From Callorhinchus milii (lineage: Eukaryota), in assembly GCF_018977255.1 (NCBI RefSeq), contig NW_024704742.1, forward strand, positions 135,596,001-135,660,000: DNA of 64,000 bases, read 5' to 3'. The notes beneath the pieces are model-generated. The model ran no database searches. It had not been told where the DNA came from and was given only the letters and a program-made list of their open reading frames with translations. This document shows, in pieces, positions 38,081-51,351 of this stretch (the stretch's first letter is position 1; the number at the start of each line of letters is the position of its first letter). Position numbers and translations under genes: made by a program.

Positions 38081-38164
38081 ATTGAACAGTTAAAGATGGA
38101 ATTGGCGAAACAGGATAGAATAATTTGGTCGCTCAATGATCGAATCTCTGATTTGGAAGCCCGG
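38081..38164 (+). CDS. CCDC68: CCDC68 coding exon 8 (IEQLKMELAKQDRII..LEAR)
   Basis: ctcctcacag acceptor and CGG|gtaaga donor. Matches MEGLKNNLKEQDKRIENLREKVNILEAQ. Confidence 0.88.
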
Positions 38165-38758
38165 GTAAGAGGCAAATATAAAGAACGTTTTTTTCTTTCA
38201 ACTCAGGAATACTCTTCCTCTAACCTGCATGAGGTGCGCTGTATAAAAGTTGTTGTATTTAGGTTGACTATAACTTGCATTTACGCAGTTCCTTTCACAC
38301 AGCTTACATACAACAACAACTTGAATTTATATTGCGGCCTTCACAAGGTCTAGTGTCTCGGAGTGCTGAATAATAGCATAGTTAGACACCGACCTGGTGG
38401 AGACAGGGGAAGTTGACCGTAGGCAGAAAAGAGGAAAGTAAAATAATTAAATAAAACATTAATAATTGTTGTATTTCTGCATATGGTAGATAAAAATAAT
38501 AATATTAATAATGGTTATTCAATCCACCACTGCTTGCGGGACGCTGCTGTGCGCAACTGGCTGCCACATTTCGCCCATAAAATATACAGTCAATTCACTT
38601 TACAGTGTTGCAGCTTTGAGGCTCAGTCGAGAGCAATCTCACCTCTGAGTCGGGAGGTTTGGGGTTCAAATCCCATGTTGGGGATTTTATTTTTGTGTCT
38701 CCTTGTTTGCTGAAGACACTCTGCTCCACTGATGGTGGTGACATCTCCATGAGGTATT

Positions 38759-39120
38759 ATGGAGTTCTGTAGCTCAGTGGTTAGAGCACTCGCCTCGCAA
38801 GCGAGAGCCTTGGGTTCGATTCCCCGGCAGAGCGAAACCTTGAGCAAGTTTCCTTACACCACATGCCTCCGTTTGCCCAGCAGTAAGTAGGAACCCGGTT
38901 GTTAGACGATTGGCGGTTCACATTTCTGGGGATAATAATTCCTTAAAAAAAATTTGGTCACTCAATCCACAGCTGATTGTGGGACGCTGCTGTGCGCAAT
39001 TGGCTGCCACGTTTCGCCCACAAAATATACAGTCAATTCACTTTACAGAATATTCTGTGAAGCGCTTTGAGACGTCTCGAAGACATGATGAGGCGGTGTA
39101 ACAAATGCAGGGATTATTTG
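38759..39120 (+). mobile_element. tRNA-Ala-derived SINE, full length
   Basis: ggagttctgtagctcagtggttagagcactcgcctcgcaagcgagag..ggttcgattccc head, followed by core and tail. Confidence 0.9.
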
Positions 39121-39313
39121 TTAGTATTAAAGGGATATGTGGTCAGATAGGCTCACAGTGGGACCTCTGTTAATATCACACTGCAACGAACAATGGGAGA
39201 CAACAGATTTGACCATACACAGCTGGTGGGGGTGGTGGGATGGGTGGGGAAGAGTTTAATGGATGAAGGTGTCTTTTTTTAAAAAGGGTAACTTTTTTTT
39301 GTGTTCAAAACAG

Positions 39314-39568
39314 AATAAAGTATTGAAACAACAAGTGCACGAGGTGAAGTCCAGCCAGAGGCAGGAGGACTCATCGGACGACTGCTCCGTCGGACAGGAC
39401 ATTGTTTGTGCTCCTCCCGTTCCCCAGCAGTTCTCCTACACTCGACCCGCTCACTTAAGGCCACGGACTGCCCTCAGCAGCCAGAGAGCGTCTGCTGTGA
39501 CCTGTCCAAAACCAGCGGTCGGGACCTGCCAGGCTATCGAACCAGATTCCATTTCTACCGAGATATAA
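39314..39568 (+). CDS. CCDC68: CCDC68 coding exon 9, putative terminal exon (NKVLKQQV...STEI*)
   Basis: aaacag acceptor. The start NKVLKQQV matches NKELKTQV and the frame is open to TAA at 39566-39568. The 3' boundary is uncertain. Confidence 0.65.
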   Translation, partial: NKVLKQQVHEVKSSQRQEDSSDDCSVGQDIVCAPPVPQQFSYTRPAHLRPRTALSSQRASAVTCPKPAVGTCQAIEPDSISTEI

Positions 39569-40289
39569 CTGGTGGTGGGATGGGGTCAGGGAGCAAGGAC
39601 AGACAGCAGTGTGGAACAGCGCCTTGCGACGTCCTTCCGATGTGAAAGGCACCTCTATAAATGCAATCTTGTTGTTGTCGTCGTTGTTGTTGGAAGAGAC
39701 TGACTGCCACAATGCATCTGATGGTTGCATACATAGAGTTACTTACAGTGATGCAGCGGGGAAACAGGCCATTCAACCCAACTAGTCCATGCCGGTGTTT
39801 ATATTCTCCATCCCCTCACTTATTCTCTTCTCTTCAAGCCCCACGTCGGGACTTGGAATCACTTAATAATAATAATTATTATTAGTTTAAGCTGACACTC
39901 CATTGTAGATGTTGCAATGACAGAGTTGCCGTTTTTTGGATGAGACGTTAAACTGAGGTCCCGTCTGACTGTTCAGGTGGATGTTAAAGTTCCCATGGCG
40001 CTATTCGAAAATAAAAGGGAGTTTCTCTCTCCCAATGCCCTGGCCAACAATCCCTCAAATAAAATTGGTTACTCACTTTCATGGCTGTTTGTGAGATGCT
40101 GCAGTGTACACCTGGCTGTCGTGTTTCATCTACAAAATACCCAGTCAATCCATTTTACAGTGTGTCCTGTGAATTGCTTTCAGACGTCTGAATGTCATGA
40201 TAAGGCGCAATATCAAACTCAAGGATTTATTTTATTATTATTCCCTTCTCCCTCATGTTTGCATCAAGTTTGCTCTTAATTACATAAGC

Positions 40290-40930
40290 ACATAAGAACA
40301 TAAGAATTAGGAGCAGGAGTAGGCCATTCGGCCCCTCGAGCCTGTGCCCCGCCATTCGATAAGATCATGGCTGATCTTCTGACCTAACTCTAATTACCTG
40401 CCCTATCCCCATATCCCCTATTCCGTCTGTTTTTAAAAAATCTATCAGTCTCAGTCTTGAAAATGTTCAAGGACTGAGCATCTACAGCCTTCTGAGGTAG
40501 TGAATTCCATAAATTCACTACCCTCTGAGTGAAGAAATGTTTCCTCAACTCTGTTCTAGAAGGCTGACCCTTAATTTTAAGACTGTGACCCCTGGTTATA
40601 GATTCTTTAAGAATCCTATATGTTTCAATAAGATCTCCACTAATTCTTCTGTACTCTAGAGAATGCAGCCCTAGTTTATCCTCATAGATCAGTCCCCTCA
40701 TCCCAGGAACTAACCTAATGAATCTACGCTGCACTCCCTCTAAGGCAAGTAAGTCCTTTTTTAAATAAGGAGACCAAAACTGCACACAATACTCTTGGTG
40801 CGGTCTCACCAAGGCCCTATACAGTTGCAGCAAGACTTCCCTACTCTTGTGCTCTAAACCTTTTGCAATGAACGCTAACATGCCATTCACCTTCTTAGTT
40901 GCTGCTGCACCTGCAAACTAACTTTTTGAG
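40290..40930 (-). mobile_element. CR1-clade LINE 3' portion
   Basis: ORF 40390-40890(-): ANGMLAFIAKGLEHKSREVLLQLYRALVRPHQEYCVQFWSPYLKKD..LEGVQRRF..TRGHSLKI..FFTQRVVNLWNSLP. Ends in a (cttatgtt)n tail. Confidence 0.92.
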
Positions 40931-42883
40931 ATTGGTGTAGTAATTAATTAAGGACTCAAGAATTTTCCCTACCATTGATGTCCGGCTAACTAGTCTATAT
41001 TGATGATTTTTGCTTTGACCATAACTTCAACCGTAGTTCCACCTTCTCAGTATCATATACATTCCTCCTAAAGTCCCTGTTAGATCTGTTACTCTTCAAC
41101 CATTCTGTCCCCGCTCTCTGGAACTCCATCCCCGAGTCCCTCAACTCGCTCCCGCCCTACTCTCAAAGCTCATATCTCTTTTATTGCACTTTTGTTCATC
41201 TCACACCCCCTGAGTTCTATTGACTTCAACATAGTTGGAAATAGCAGTGTCCGAAACACAAAATATGTAACAATAACTCACAAATAGTGACTCCTGCCAG
41301 TAACTACACCAACCAGCCAGAATAAAATTGGTCACTCACTTCACAGCTGTTTGTGGGACTTTTGTCTACTGTGGGCAAATTGGCTGACGTGCTTGCAAAC
41401 AAAATACAGTCACTACACGTCGAGGAAAAGAGCCGTCCTCCGTAAAAAGCCAAATGATGATTATGAGTGTTAATGATTATTTGTAATTATTTTATCATTG
41501 TGATGATAATAATGATTATGGTGTTGTTATAATTACTATTGTATTATAATTATAATAATTATTAGAATGTTATTGTTATAACCTACAAGACTATCATCAC
41601 AAGCATCAGTGTGTTCAGACTTCCTGAGTTTGAGGTGAAAATGGAAACAGATTCACTGATTGTGGAGACCTGTAGCTCAGTGGTTAGAGCCCTCGCATTG
41701 CAAGCGAGAGACCCGGGTTCGATTCTGGTTGGGCGAAACGTTGGCCAAGTTTCCTTACTCTGTTTACCTAGCAGTAAGTAGGAACCCAGTTGCTTGTCAA
41801 TTGGCAGATTGCTTTTCCAGGGATAATAATCCTTCAAAAAAAATAAATAATTTGGTCACTCAATCCATGAAAATGTTGCCCTTTTGCCTTCAATGTCTTG
41901 AAAAGCAATGAATCAGGAAGAATGTATATTGACTCACACTGTCAACGCTTGTCAAAATCAGACAGTCCTCTCAATAGCAAACAATGAGGTTTTAGCTGGT
42001 GAGATTCCAGCAGTTATCTCCACTGCAAAGTCTGGGGTCCTCAAGCCTTAGTCAGTATGTCTAGTACCAGTATGCCTAATACTCTTGGGAATTAGGTAAG
42101 CAGGATGAGAGAGAGTGCCTACTCCATTCCAATACCCGGGAATTTGTGTTTGGTGATGGATTTCCGTACAAGTCAGACACACGGCTGACCATAACACCCT
42201 CAACGCAACTTCAAATTCCAAGTGAGATTGTTTTGTCTTGAAATTTAAGGTGGAAGCGAAATCCTTAAATCCGAGAAGACGTTTTTTTTTCCTGCAGTTT
42301 TTAAAAGAATTCAGATCTCTTCTTGAATTCTTTATCCTTAAAATGAAACGTTTAAACCGAGGTCCCATTCTCCTCCAGGTGAATGTTAAAGATCCCATGG
42401 CGCTACTCGAAAAGAGAAGGTTTCCTGGCCAACAATCCCCCAAATAAAATGGGTCGCTCAATCCTCGGCTGTTTGTATGACACTGCTGAGTGCAAAATTG
42501 GCTGTCGCGTTTCGCCCACAAAATGCAGTCACTCTCACTTTACAGTGTATCCTGTGAAGCGCTTTGAGACATCTCAACATGAATAAGACGCCATATAAAA
42601 TGCAAGGATTATTATTATTAATATTAATCCCCCCCCCCCCCCACACACAGTTCTTGCCACCTCAGAATTTCAAGGCAAAAAACATCTTGCAGGCCAGGAC
42701 TAGATAAAACGCTGTGGCCTCGGTAGTTCAATTGGATGTGTGTTTGCCGATCGAGACTGCTGCGGAATTAATGAGCTGCAGCCGAGAGACAGCGCGTAAA
42801 AAGACCAAGATTCATCTCGTTCACCTTCTACCAATCCTGATGGTCGAACGCTACAATAATGGAGATGCTGATAGCAATTAACT

Positions 42884-43258
42884 GTGGAGTCCTGTAGCTC
42901 AGTGGTTAGAGCCCTCGCTTTGCAAGTGAGAGGCCTGGGTTCGATTCCCGGCAGGGCGAAACCTTGGGACAAGTTTCCTTACTCCACACGCTGTTTACCC
43001 AGCAGCAAGTAGGAACCCAGTTGCTAATTGATTGGCGGATCGCTTTTCTGGGGATAATAATCCCTAAAAAAACTAACAATAATAACTTGGTCACTCCATC
43101 CACAACTATTGGTGGGACGCTGCTGTGCGCAATTGGCTGCCGTGTTTCGCCCACAAATATACAGTCAATTTGCTTTACAGCGTATTCTGTGAAGCGCTTT
43201 GAGACGTCTCGAAGATGTGGAAAGCGCTATCTCAAATGCAAGGATTATTATTATTATT
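42884..43258 (+). mobile_element. tRNA-Ala-derived SINE, full length
   Basis: Complete head, core, tail and (ATT)n end. Further copies at ~21943-22200, 41662-41870, 46425-46775, 49140-49370, 53241-53535 and 57915-58095 (+), and ~48645-48870, 52000-52345, 56880-57050, 59220-59527, 59675-59987 and 60568-60913 (-). Confidence 0.92.
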
Positions 43259-43521
43259 AACTGGAATGTTTTGGATTAGTCCACAACAGAATGGAAAGCT
43301 TTGGAAAGCTTAGGCACTGGACAGTCAAGGATTTGGCCCTGAGCTGCGGATTGAGGGGGTGGGGGTAGGAAGTTGACCGAGGGCACGGCCGTCAAAGAGG
43401 AGGGTCGTAAAGCAAATCGTCCTCACCCCACTCCCCCCACCACCCCCCATTGTTGATTATCTTAATTTGGTGCACTTTTAAAATTCGGAATCCGAGCAGG
43501 TCATTGGTATAAATGTATCTT

Positions 43522-43527
43522 TTTATT
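43522..43527 (-). terminator. Candidate RAB27B polyadenylation signal
   Basis: AATAAA on the minus strand at the end of a largely SINE-free stretch extending ~2.6 kb from the stop codon. Not proven. Confidence 0.35.
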
Positions 43528-45639
43528 TTTTTTTAACTTTGGAAAAATGTGTCCGGTTAAAAGCACAACATTACATTCTCTCTCTCGGTGACATTCTTCG
43601 TATATTACAGATCGAAGCAATTAAGACAAATGGTTCAAAACCCTTGTGTGTTGTATGTGTGTGTGTGTGTGTGTATATATCTATGTGTGTGTGCATTTAC
43701 GTATGTATGCGCATATGCAAAATGCAAGTATTATTAAATGAGTGTACATATCTCTGTATATATGTTTGTCTGTATGTGTGTGTGTGCATATTTGGTTGCA
43801 TGTATGTATTCCCTGTGTTTGGGTTTATGTGTGTGTACATGTCTGGGTATGTCTGTATGTGTGTATATGCATGTCTGTGTATGTGAGTGTATAAATGTCT
43901 GTATATGTATGTTTGTGTAGCCTGTAAATGTATGTGTGTATATGTATGTGTATGAGAAATGTTGACTAAATTTGGTCCAAATTCTCATTGATGGCACAGC
44001 ATTGTGTTACACACACAACAGAATACTCAACACAAAGATGTGAATTACCACGGTTTGCTCCCCATGCGCACAGAAAAAAAAAGATATCGGGAATACATTT
44101 CAAATCTAGCAACATAACGTAAATATTTCTCCCCTCCCCCTCATGTCAAAAGGGACCTCCCCCAATTTAGGCTCCAACTTCGTGAGACCGTTGAATTGGG
44201 GGCGCGGGGGAAGAGGGGGGTTCTTTTGAGTATGCGACTTTCTGATTGGCCTCACCACTTCTGCTGGCACCAACATCACATCTGTTAAGTCTATCACAGG
44301 GTCCCTGATCCATCCTTTCGCCTGTCTGCTACCTCCACCTGCGGGCTCCGGCCTGATGCATGTCCCCTGCCCGGCCCACCCCACCATCAGAGGTCGGGCT
44401 TTCAGCCTCTCTGCCCCCACCCTTTGGAACTCTGTTTCACCCCCTCCCTTGCCTCTTTCAAGGCCCATCTCAAGAGCCTCCTCTTCGATGGCATCTTCAG
44501 TCACCCTCCTACAACCTACCCTCCCTGCCCTCCTGATCCCAACCCCCAGCTCGGGCCCAAATCCCTGACCGTCAGGCACCTTGGGACGTCCTCCCGATGT
44601 GAAAGGCGCTGTACACATGTGATTTGGTGTTATTTATCCACACTCACTGAATCTCTATCACAGTCTCTGCTCCACACTCATTGAGTCTGTCACAAGGTCT
44701 CACCCACACGCATTTCCTCGTGTGCTGTCTCCTTATTGAAGACCATTAGCAACACAAACATTTGAATGATAAGAATAGACATGGAAGCCCAGGGGGAATC
44801 AACAAAATAATATAAGTGCCAACATATTATGCCTCACATAGAGAGAGAGAAATTACTTTATAAACTACGGTAATTTCCCCCCAAAAGTGCAATCTCCATC
44901 ATAAATCTCTTTCCTGAACCAAACACTTCATTTAGAGTGCCATTCACTTTGACCACCAGACAACTGGAATGTTTTGGGGAGAGGGGCGGCGTGTTTGCCA
45001 CACATGATTTATTGGCCTATTTCACATAGAATCGTAGAATCTTACAGCACAGAAGGAGGCCATTCGGCCCATCGGGCCTGTGCTGGCTCTTTGAGAAGAG
45101 CTACCAACTAGTCCCGCTCCCCCGCTCTTTCCCCATAGTCTTACAAATGTTTCAAGTACATATCCAATTCCCTTTCGAAAAGCTACCAACGCATCTGCTT
45201 CCACCACCCTTTCAGGCAGTGCATCCCAGATCGTAACGATTCTCTGGGTAAAAAGATTTCTCCTCGTCTCCCCTCTGGTTCTTTGGCCAATTTCCCTGCA
45301 GGATTAACCTGTCAATACCTACAGGACAAGTTGGGTTAAACACAGCGCTCAGCTCCATGGGAGGGAGCCAAGAGACCGAGGGAAAGCATCTCATTGTCCG
45401 AATGGTGTGATTTTGGTGAAGTGCGAGTCTGCAGAAACATGTTGAACTAAGGGGAGTTTCCTCCCCCCTCCCCTCTCCCCACACACCTCCCCAATCTTCC
45501 CCCCTCCCACTCCCCACCCACCTCCCCCACAAACCCCGGCACCCAGGACTTATCCGGTCATTCTCAAGGGCAATCTGGGAAACAGACCGAGAGAACAAAT
45601 GGCGTGAGATAGGAAAATAAACTCTCTGAGGAGAGTGGT

Positions 45640-46140
45640 GTGGAGGGAGGGGAAGGAAAATAGAAGGAAGAAAGGAAGAAAGGAAGGAAGGAAGGAGCGA
45701 AGGAGGGAGCGAGAAAGAGAGAGGGAGAGGAGAGAGTGAGGTTGGAGAGAGAGAGTGAGGAGAAAGAGGGAAGGAAGAGAGAGGGTGGAGAGAGGAAAGA
45801 GAAAGGGAGGGAGGGAAGGAGGGAGGGAGGGAGGAGAGATAGATGGAGACAAGAGTGCCTGAGGAGAGAGGGAGGAGAGAGAGGGAGGGGAGGAAATGGA
45901 AGGAGGGAGGTAAGAGACAGAGGGAGGGAGGCAAGAGAGAGAACAGGAGGGAGGTAAGAGAGGGGGATGAAGGGATGTAAGAGAGAGGGGGAGGGAGGGA
46001 TGGAGGTAGGAGCGAGAGAGAGGGAGAGTTGTAAGAGAGAGGGAGCTAAGAGAGAGAGGAGGGAGGTAAGAGAGCGGGAGGGAGGTAAGAGAGAGAGAGG
46101 GAGAGAGGGAGGGAGGTCAGAGAGGGAGGGGTGGGAGGAG
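45640..46140. repeat. Polypurine (GGA/GA)n low-complexity tract at the start of the RAB27B 3'UTR
   Basis: About 500 bp of almost pure A/G on + (C/U-rich in the mRNA), starting right after the stop codon. Confidence 0.9.
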
Positions 46141-46151
46141 TTAGGTTCTCT

Positions 46152-46341
46152 TTAACAGGCGCATTTATTCTCATCTGGCGTCTCGTCCTCTAGTTTTTTG
46201 CTCGCTCCGCCATTGACTGAATCGGGAATCTGACTCTTATCCACACACTGGTCCATGCGTTTCATTATCAAGTCCAGGAGCGCAACAACAGAGCTGTCAA
46301 TCTCACTGCCTGTGGCAGCACTCGTTTCAAAGTAGGGAATC
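46152..46341 (-). CDS. RAB27B: RAB27B last coding exon ([11 protein letters not shown]...ENKCAC*)
   Basis: Rab G5 motif [13 protein letters not shown] and a C-terminal CXC prenylation motif. cgcag acceptor, 190 nt. Confidence 0.96.
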
Positions 46342-46949
46342 CTGCGGGGGGGGGGGGGGGGGAGAGAGGGGGAGAGAGAGAGAGAAAGAGAGGGAAGGGC
46401 GGAGAAGTTTATTATTGCATATAATTGGAGTCCCATAGCGTAGGTGTCAGCGCACCTCGCAAGAGGGGTTTGATTCCTGGGCAGAGCAAAGCATTGGGCA
46501 AGTTTCCTTGCTCCACACGCCCCTGTTTACCGAGCGGTAAGCAGGTACCCGGTTGTTAGTCGATTGGTGGATCGCTTTTCTGGGGATTATGACCCCTTCA
46601 AAAAAAATCACTCAATCTACGACTGTTTGTGGGACACTGCTGTGCGCAATTGGCTGCCGCGTTCACCCACAAATATACAGTTAATTCACTTTACAGTATA
46701 TTCTGTGAAGCGCTTTGGGACGTCCTCCCGACGTGAAAAGCGCTATATCAAATGCAAGGGTTATTATTATTATTATTCTGTGAAGCGCTTTGAGACGTGT
46801 CAACAATGTGATAAGGCGCTGCATCAAATGAAACGACCATTGTTATTATTAGATTTCAGGCTCTAAGTCCGGTGCTCAGCCAGGACAGGATATCTGAGGC
46901 TGATGGGAGAGGGGATGGGGGTTGGGGGTATAATAAGTAACTTACTCAC

Positions 46950-47073
46950 CCATATTTGTCGGCGAGCTCTCTTGCTTCCTTCTCCTGCACCTCCCTTTGG
47001 TCACCCAAATCCGCCTTGTTTCCTATTAAGACTATGTCAGGGTTTTCACAATAAGCATTTGCTTGTAGCTGAC
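46950..47073 (-). CDS. RAB27B: RAB27B coding exon 4 ([22 protein letters not shown]...ELADKYG)
   Basis: G4 motif [23 protein letters not shown] is RAB27B-type. gcag/gtgagt splice sites, 124 nt. Not in the ORF track. Confidence 0.96.
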
Positions 47074-47999
47074 CTGCACGGAAAACAGTCTTACTAACGG
47101 TTATACAACAACAACAACAACAACTTGCATTTTACATAGCAACCCTCACGCAGGGTACAGCCTCCCAGGGAAATGATAATGATCCTTACGTTCGCAAAAT
47201 GCTTCAATCGAATCCCTAAACGCTTCACGGGATTTTTACTGTGAAGTGTAGCGACTGTGTATTTTGCAGCTGTTCCTAACAACCCTATGTGCATGTCTGC
47301 AAAGACCCTCTGCCTTTGCCTTGCTGGCTATCAGTGGAAACCTCGGTCCCCTAGGTAAGGACAGTGATAATTCCCCCCTTTAGCAGGTCTGCATCAACCT
47401 CTGGATCCAGTCAATCTCATCACAAAACCCCAGACAAGAGAGACAAGAGAGAAGGACTGACATGAGCCTCTGTGGCCAGGAGGTGGCATCCTCAAATGAT
47501 TTGGGAGCAACTACATGTCGTGAGATCTTTCGGGATTCCTCACTCCATATTTGGAGATGTAATTGGTGGCGATATGGGTTTCTCTTGCACAGCTCCTGTC
47601 AACCCTACAAGTGGAGAGCTTATCAGTGGCGGAGCCTGACTCCGCAGCCGGTGGGAGGGAGGAGATTACTGTAAGGTTACTGGTCGAAGAGGAAGATCTC
47701 CTTGACCATGTTGGCCCAAAGGCCTGATGTGGGGCTCGAACCCACCGGCTCCTGACTCGGAGGCGAGAGTGTTGAGCGAATGAGCCGGGACTGGCACCTG
47801 ATCAGATTAGACAGGAAGAAGTTGAGGCAGCCAACACCAAGGAAGGTCACAGTGAAAGGGAAGATGAGTTTCCCCATTCTTTCTATTCGTTATTATAACC
47901 AGATTGCCAACATCTCTACTCTCCGCCCGGCATGTGGAGGGGAATCGTCTTCTTTGGAAAACGAACAATAGCAGTTGGAAGATTGGCAGTTTCACTTTC

Positions 48000-48552
48000 A
48001 ACAACAACCACAAAGAGCCTTTCACGTCGGGAGGACGTCCCAAGGCACTGAACTGTCAGGTATCAGGACCCGAGCGTGGGGGGAGGTGCAGGGTTGGGAT
48101 GAGGGAGGGTAGAGGGGGCAGGAGGGTGGTCGAAAAGGAAAGTCTTGAGTCGTGCCTTGAAGGGGCAAGGACAGAAGCGAGGTGAAGGGACTGGGATGGA
48201 GTTCCAAAGAGTGGGGGCAGAGTGGCTGAAAATCCGGTAGGGCAGGTTGGGCAGAAGACAAGGAGCAGCCCGGAGCCTGCTGAGCGATGGGAGCGGACAG
48301 GTTGATAGGGGGTCAGCAGGTCAGAGATGTAGGAGGGGGCAAGGCCTTGAAAGTGCGGATGAGGATTTTGCATTCTATCCTCTGAGGGATGGGGAGCCAG
48401 TGGAGCCGGGAGAGGGTGGAGGTGATGGGGTCATGGACCCTGGTACGGGAGAGGACACGAGCTGCGGAGTTCTGGATGATCTGCAGCCTGTGGAGGGAAG
48501 AGTTGGGGAGACTGACAAGGAGGGAGTTTCCGTAGTCGAACTTTTGAGGTAA
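48000..48552 (-). mobile_element. L2 LINE 3' portion
   Basis: FDYGNSLLVSLPNSSLHRLQIIQNSAARVLSRTRVHDPIT..LHWLPIPQRIE.KIL, plus the L2 tail. Confidence 0.9.
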
Positions 48553-51247
48553 CGAATGCGTGTACTTTCGCCAGCTAAACACACAGTCACTACACTCAAC
48601 AGTAAACCCCGCTTTGAGGCGTCCTCCCGTCGTGATATCAAATAATTATAATAATCCTTGCATTTGATATAGCGCCTTATCACGTCGTCGAGACGTCTCA
48701 GAGCGCTTCTAGAACACACCGTAAAGTGGATTGACTGTATTTTGCGGGCGAAACGCGGCAGCCAATCGTCCCACAAACAGTCGTGGATTGAGTGACCAAA
48801 TTATTATTTTATCGTTCTGAAGGGGGAATTATTATCTCTGGGAAACGAACCCCCCAATCGAGTAACAAACAGCACTCCACACAGCTAACTGGTTCAGCCC
48901 CTCAAGCCTGTCACCAGTTTATTTATGACCATGGCAGGTGTTGTAATTATCCCTCTGCACCACAGCAGGTCTCTCTCTCTCTCTCCGCCTGTTGCCTTGG
49001 GGGCCAGTTTGGCTGAGTTGGGTGGGGAAGTTGCATCCAGGCAGATTTTTGCGGATTGCTCTCGCATTCATGGGCGTCTCACATTTAATGTCAGAGGAGA
49101 GGACGTAATTACTGTAAAGCCAGTGGCTCTGCATCCCCATCTGCATCCACACAGAGCCTAATAATAATCCCTTCAAAAACCAAAAACAATAATAAATTGG
49201 TCATTTTCAATCTACGACTGTTTGTGGGACATTGCTGTGCGCAATTGGCTGCCGCGTTCGCCCACAAATATACAGTCAATTCACTTTGCAGTACGTTCTG
49301 TGAAGCGCTTTGGGACGTCCTCCCGACGTGAAAAGCGCTATATCAAATGCAAGGATTATTATTATTTATTATTATCACACCAGTACTTCCTCCTCCCGCA
49401 CCCCACCCACACTCCCCCCCTCCACCCCAACTGCCTGCCCGCCATGTATAGGGAAACCATCTTACAATGGAAAGTGAATAATAACAATTGACCAAAAGAT
49501 TGGGGTTTCACCAACAAAGCACACAGTCACTACACTTGACAGTAAACTTGAAAGCGTCTTTTCATATAAACTCCCTCTGGTTTCAGCGCTCCGGGACTCT
49601 CACTATCAAGCGTGAAGGGCGCTGTACAAATGCAAGTTGTTGTTGTTCTTGCCAGGCTCCACGGGCTCCACTGACCACCAAATGGATCAATTACAACATC
49701 CTCCCACTCGTCTTCATAACCCTTCATCTACAACACCTAACCATCTCTCCAACCTGCTTACCACCCCCCCCCCCCAACCCACAACCCGTTGCCTCCGCTC
49801 GACTGGCCTCGGTTTCCTGCATGTCCCTCGTACTCTCTGTTCCGCCATCGGCGGCTGTGCTTTCAGCCACTATGTCCCGAAACTCTGGAACACTTGCCCC
49901 TCTGCCTTGCCCCTTCTTTCCCCATTTTCAGGTCACACCTGAAGACCTTCCTCTTTGACCGTGCCTATGGTCACCTCCTCCCAGCTCGATATCGTGCTCT
50001 GCCACTGTCAAGCGCTCTGGAATGCTACCCTGGGTGAGGGGCACAATATAAATGCAAGTTGTTGGTACAAACAACAGCACCACTGGCAATGCAGTTCTAC
50101 CCCATTGCCCCATTTGATCCGTTCGATTTTTCAAGACTGAGGTGGAATGATTTTTGTCAAGTAACGGTATCAAGGGATATGGGGGCAAAGGCGGGTAATT
50201 GGAATTGAGGTGCTGATCCACCATGATCTGATAGAATGGTGGAACAGGCTCGAGAGGCTGAATGACCTACTCCTGTTCTTATGTTCCCCCAGCACTGTAA
50301 TGGGGTATCAGCCTAGACAGCGAGCTCAAAGTCCACAAAGTGGAGCTCAAAGTCAAAATTTTTTGGCCCAGAGGTGTAAGTGCGACTGACTGAGTCAGGC
50401 TGACGCACAACAATAAATTGCGGGTGTGGATAGATGGGAATGTGGATAAATGGTAATCAGTATGTGCCTATTCTTGAGTCCTACCACAAGAGCCGAGAGC
50501 ACCAAGTTAAATGATTCGCAGTCGCAATGCAGGCAGAGGGAAAACATCCCAATTATCTAATCACTGCTCTGCACGCTGTAGAGAGTGAATTTTCTCCTTT
50601 AATTGCACCAAGGTTTTGTTAAAGGGCCACGCTTCCTTGTTCCATTCCATTATGTGCATCAGTTATGTCTTGGGAATGAAGCCATTCTCGGAGACTTGAG
50701 CACAAAGTCTTTCTCTCTGCTCTTGAGAGATAGTTAAACCAGAGTTTACCTGTGGGAAGGATCCACATAATCATTCGTAATAATAATAATAATTCTTGCT
50801 CTTGATATCGTGCCTGTTGAAGTCGCTGAGACGTCTCAAAGTGCTTCACAGAATATATTGTAAAGTGAAGTGACTGTGTACTTTCTGGGCGAAACGTGGC
50901 AGCCAATTGCACACAGCAGCGACCCACAAATGAGTGTTGATTGAGTGACCACGTTTTTTTTTGAGGACTTATTACCCGCACAAAGTTCCACTTTATAGCA
51001 AAATCCTGTGAAGCGCTTTCAGACGTCTCGACGATGCAATTAAGGCGCTTATCAAACGCAAGGGTTATGATTATTAAATGAACTTGTGTCTTAACAGCAC
51101 CTGTTGAAATAATAATAGGTATATTTGATACAGCGCCTGAGAAGTTGAAATGAGAGGGTGTAGTGGCTGAAAACAAGGCCGCTGACGGTGGAGCAGTGGG
51201 GCGAGGGATGAGCAGGTGTTGGGGAAGAGATGACTGCGGTCACTTAC

Positions 51248-51351
51248 TCATCCAGTTCCTCACGTTCAGGAAACTCTGCTGACTTGTCAGATCGAAGATC
51301 AGTAGGAAGCCCATGGCGTCGCGGAAAAAAGCTGTGGTCAGACTGCGGAAC
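51248..51351 (-). CDS. RAB27B: RAB27B coding exon 3 ([34 protein letters not shown])
   Basis: ctgcag/gtaagt splice sites, 104 nt, Rab27 signature sequence. Confidence 0.97.

Noticed and set aside
42238..42447. ORF or acceptor as a CCDC68 terminal exon
   Set aside because: Only vague similarity, no matching upstream donor identified, and the 3' half is SINE sequence.
45212..46155. 240-aa Ser/Leu/Pro ORF and Glu/Arg/Gly ORFs
   Set aside because: Translations of a polypurine/polypyrimidine tract in the RAB27B 3'UTR.
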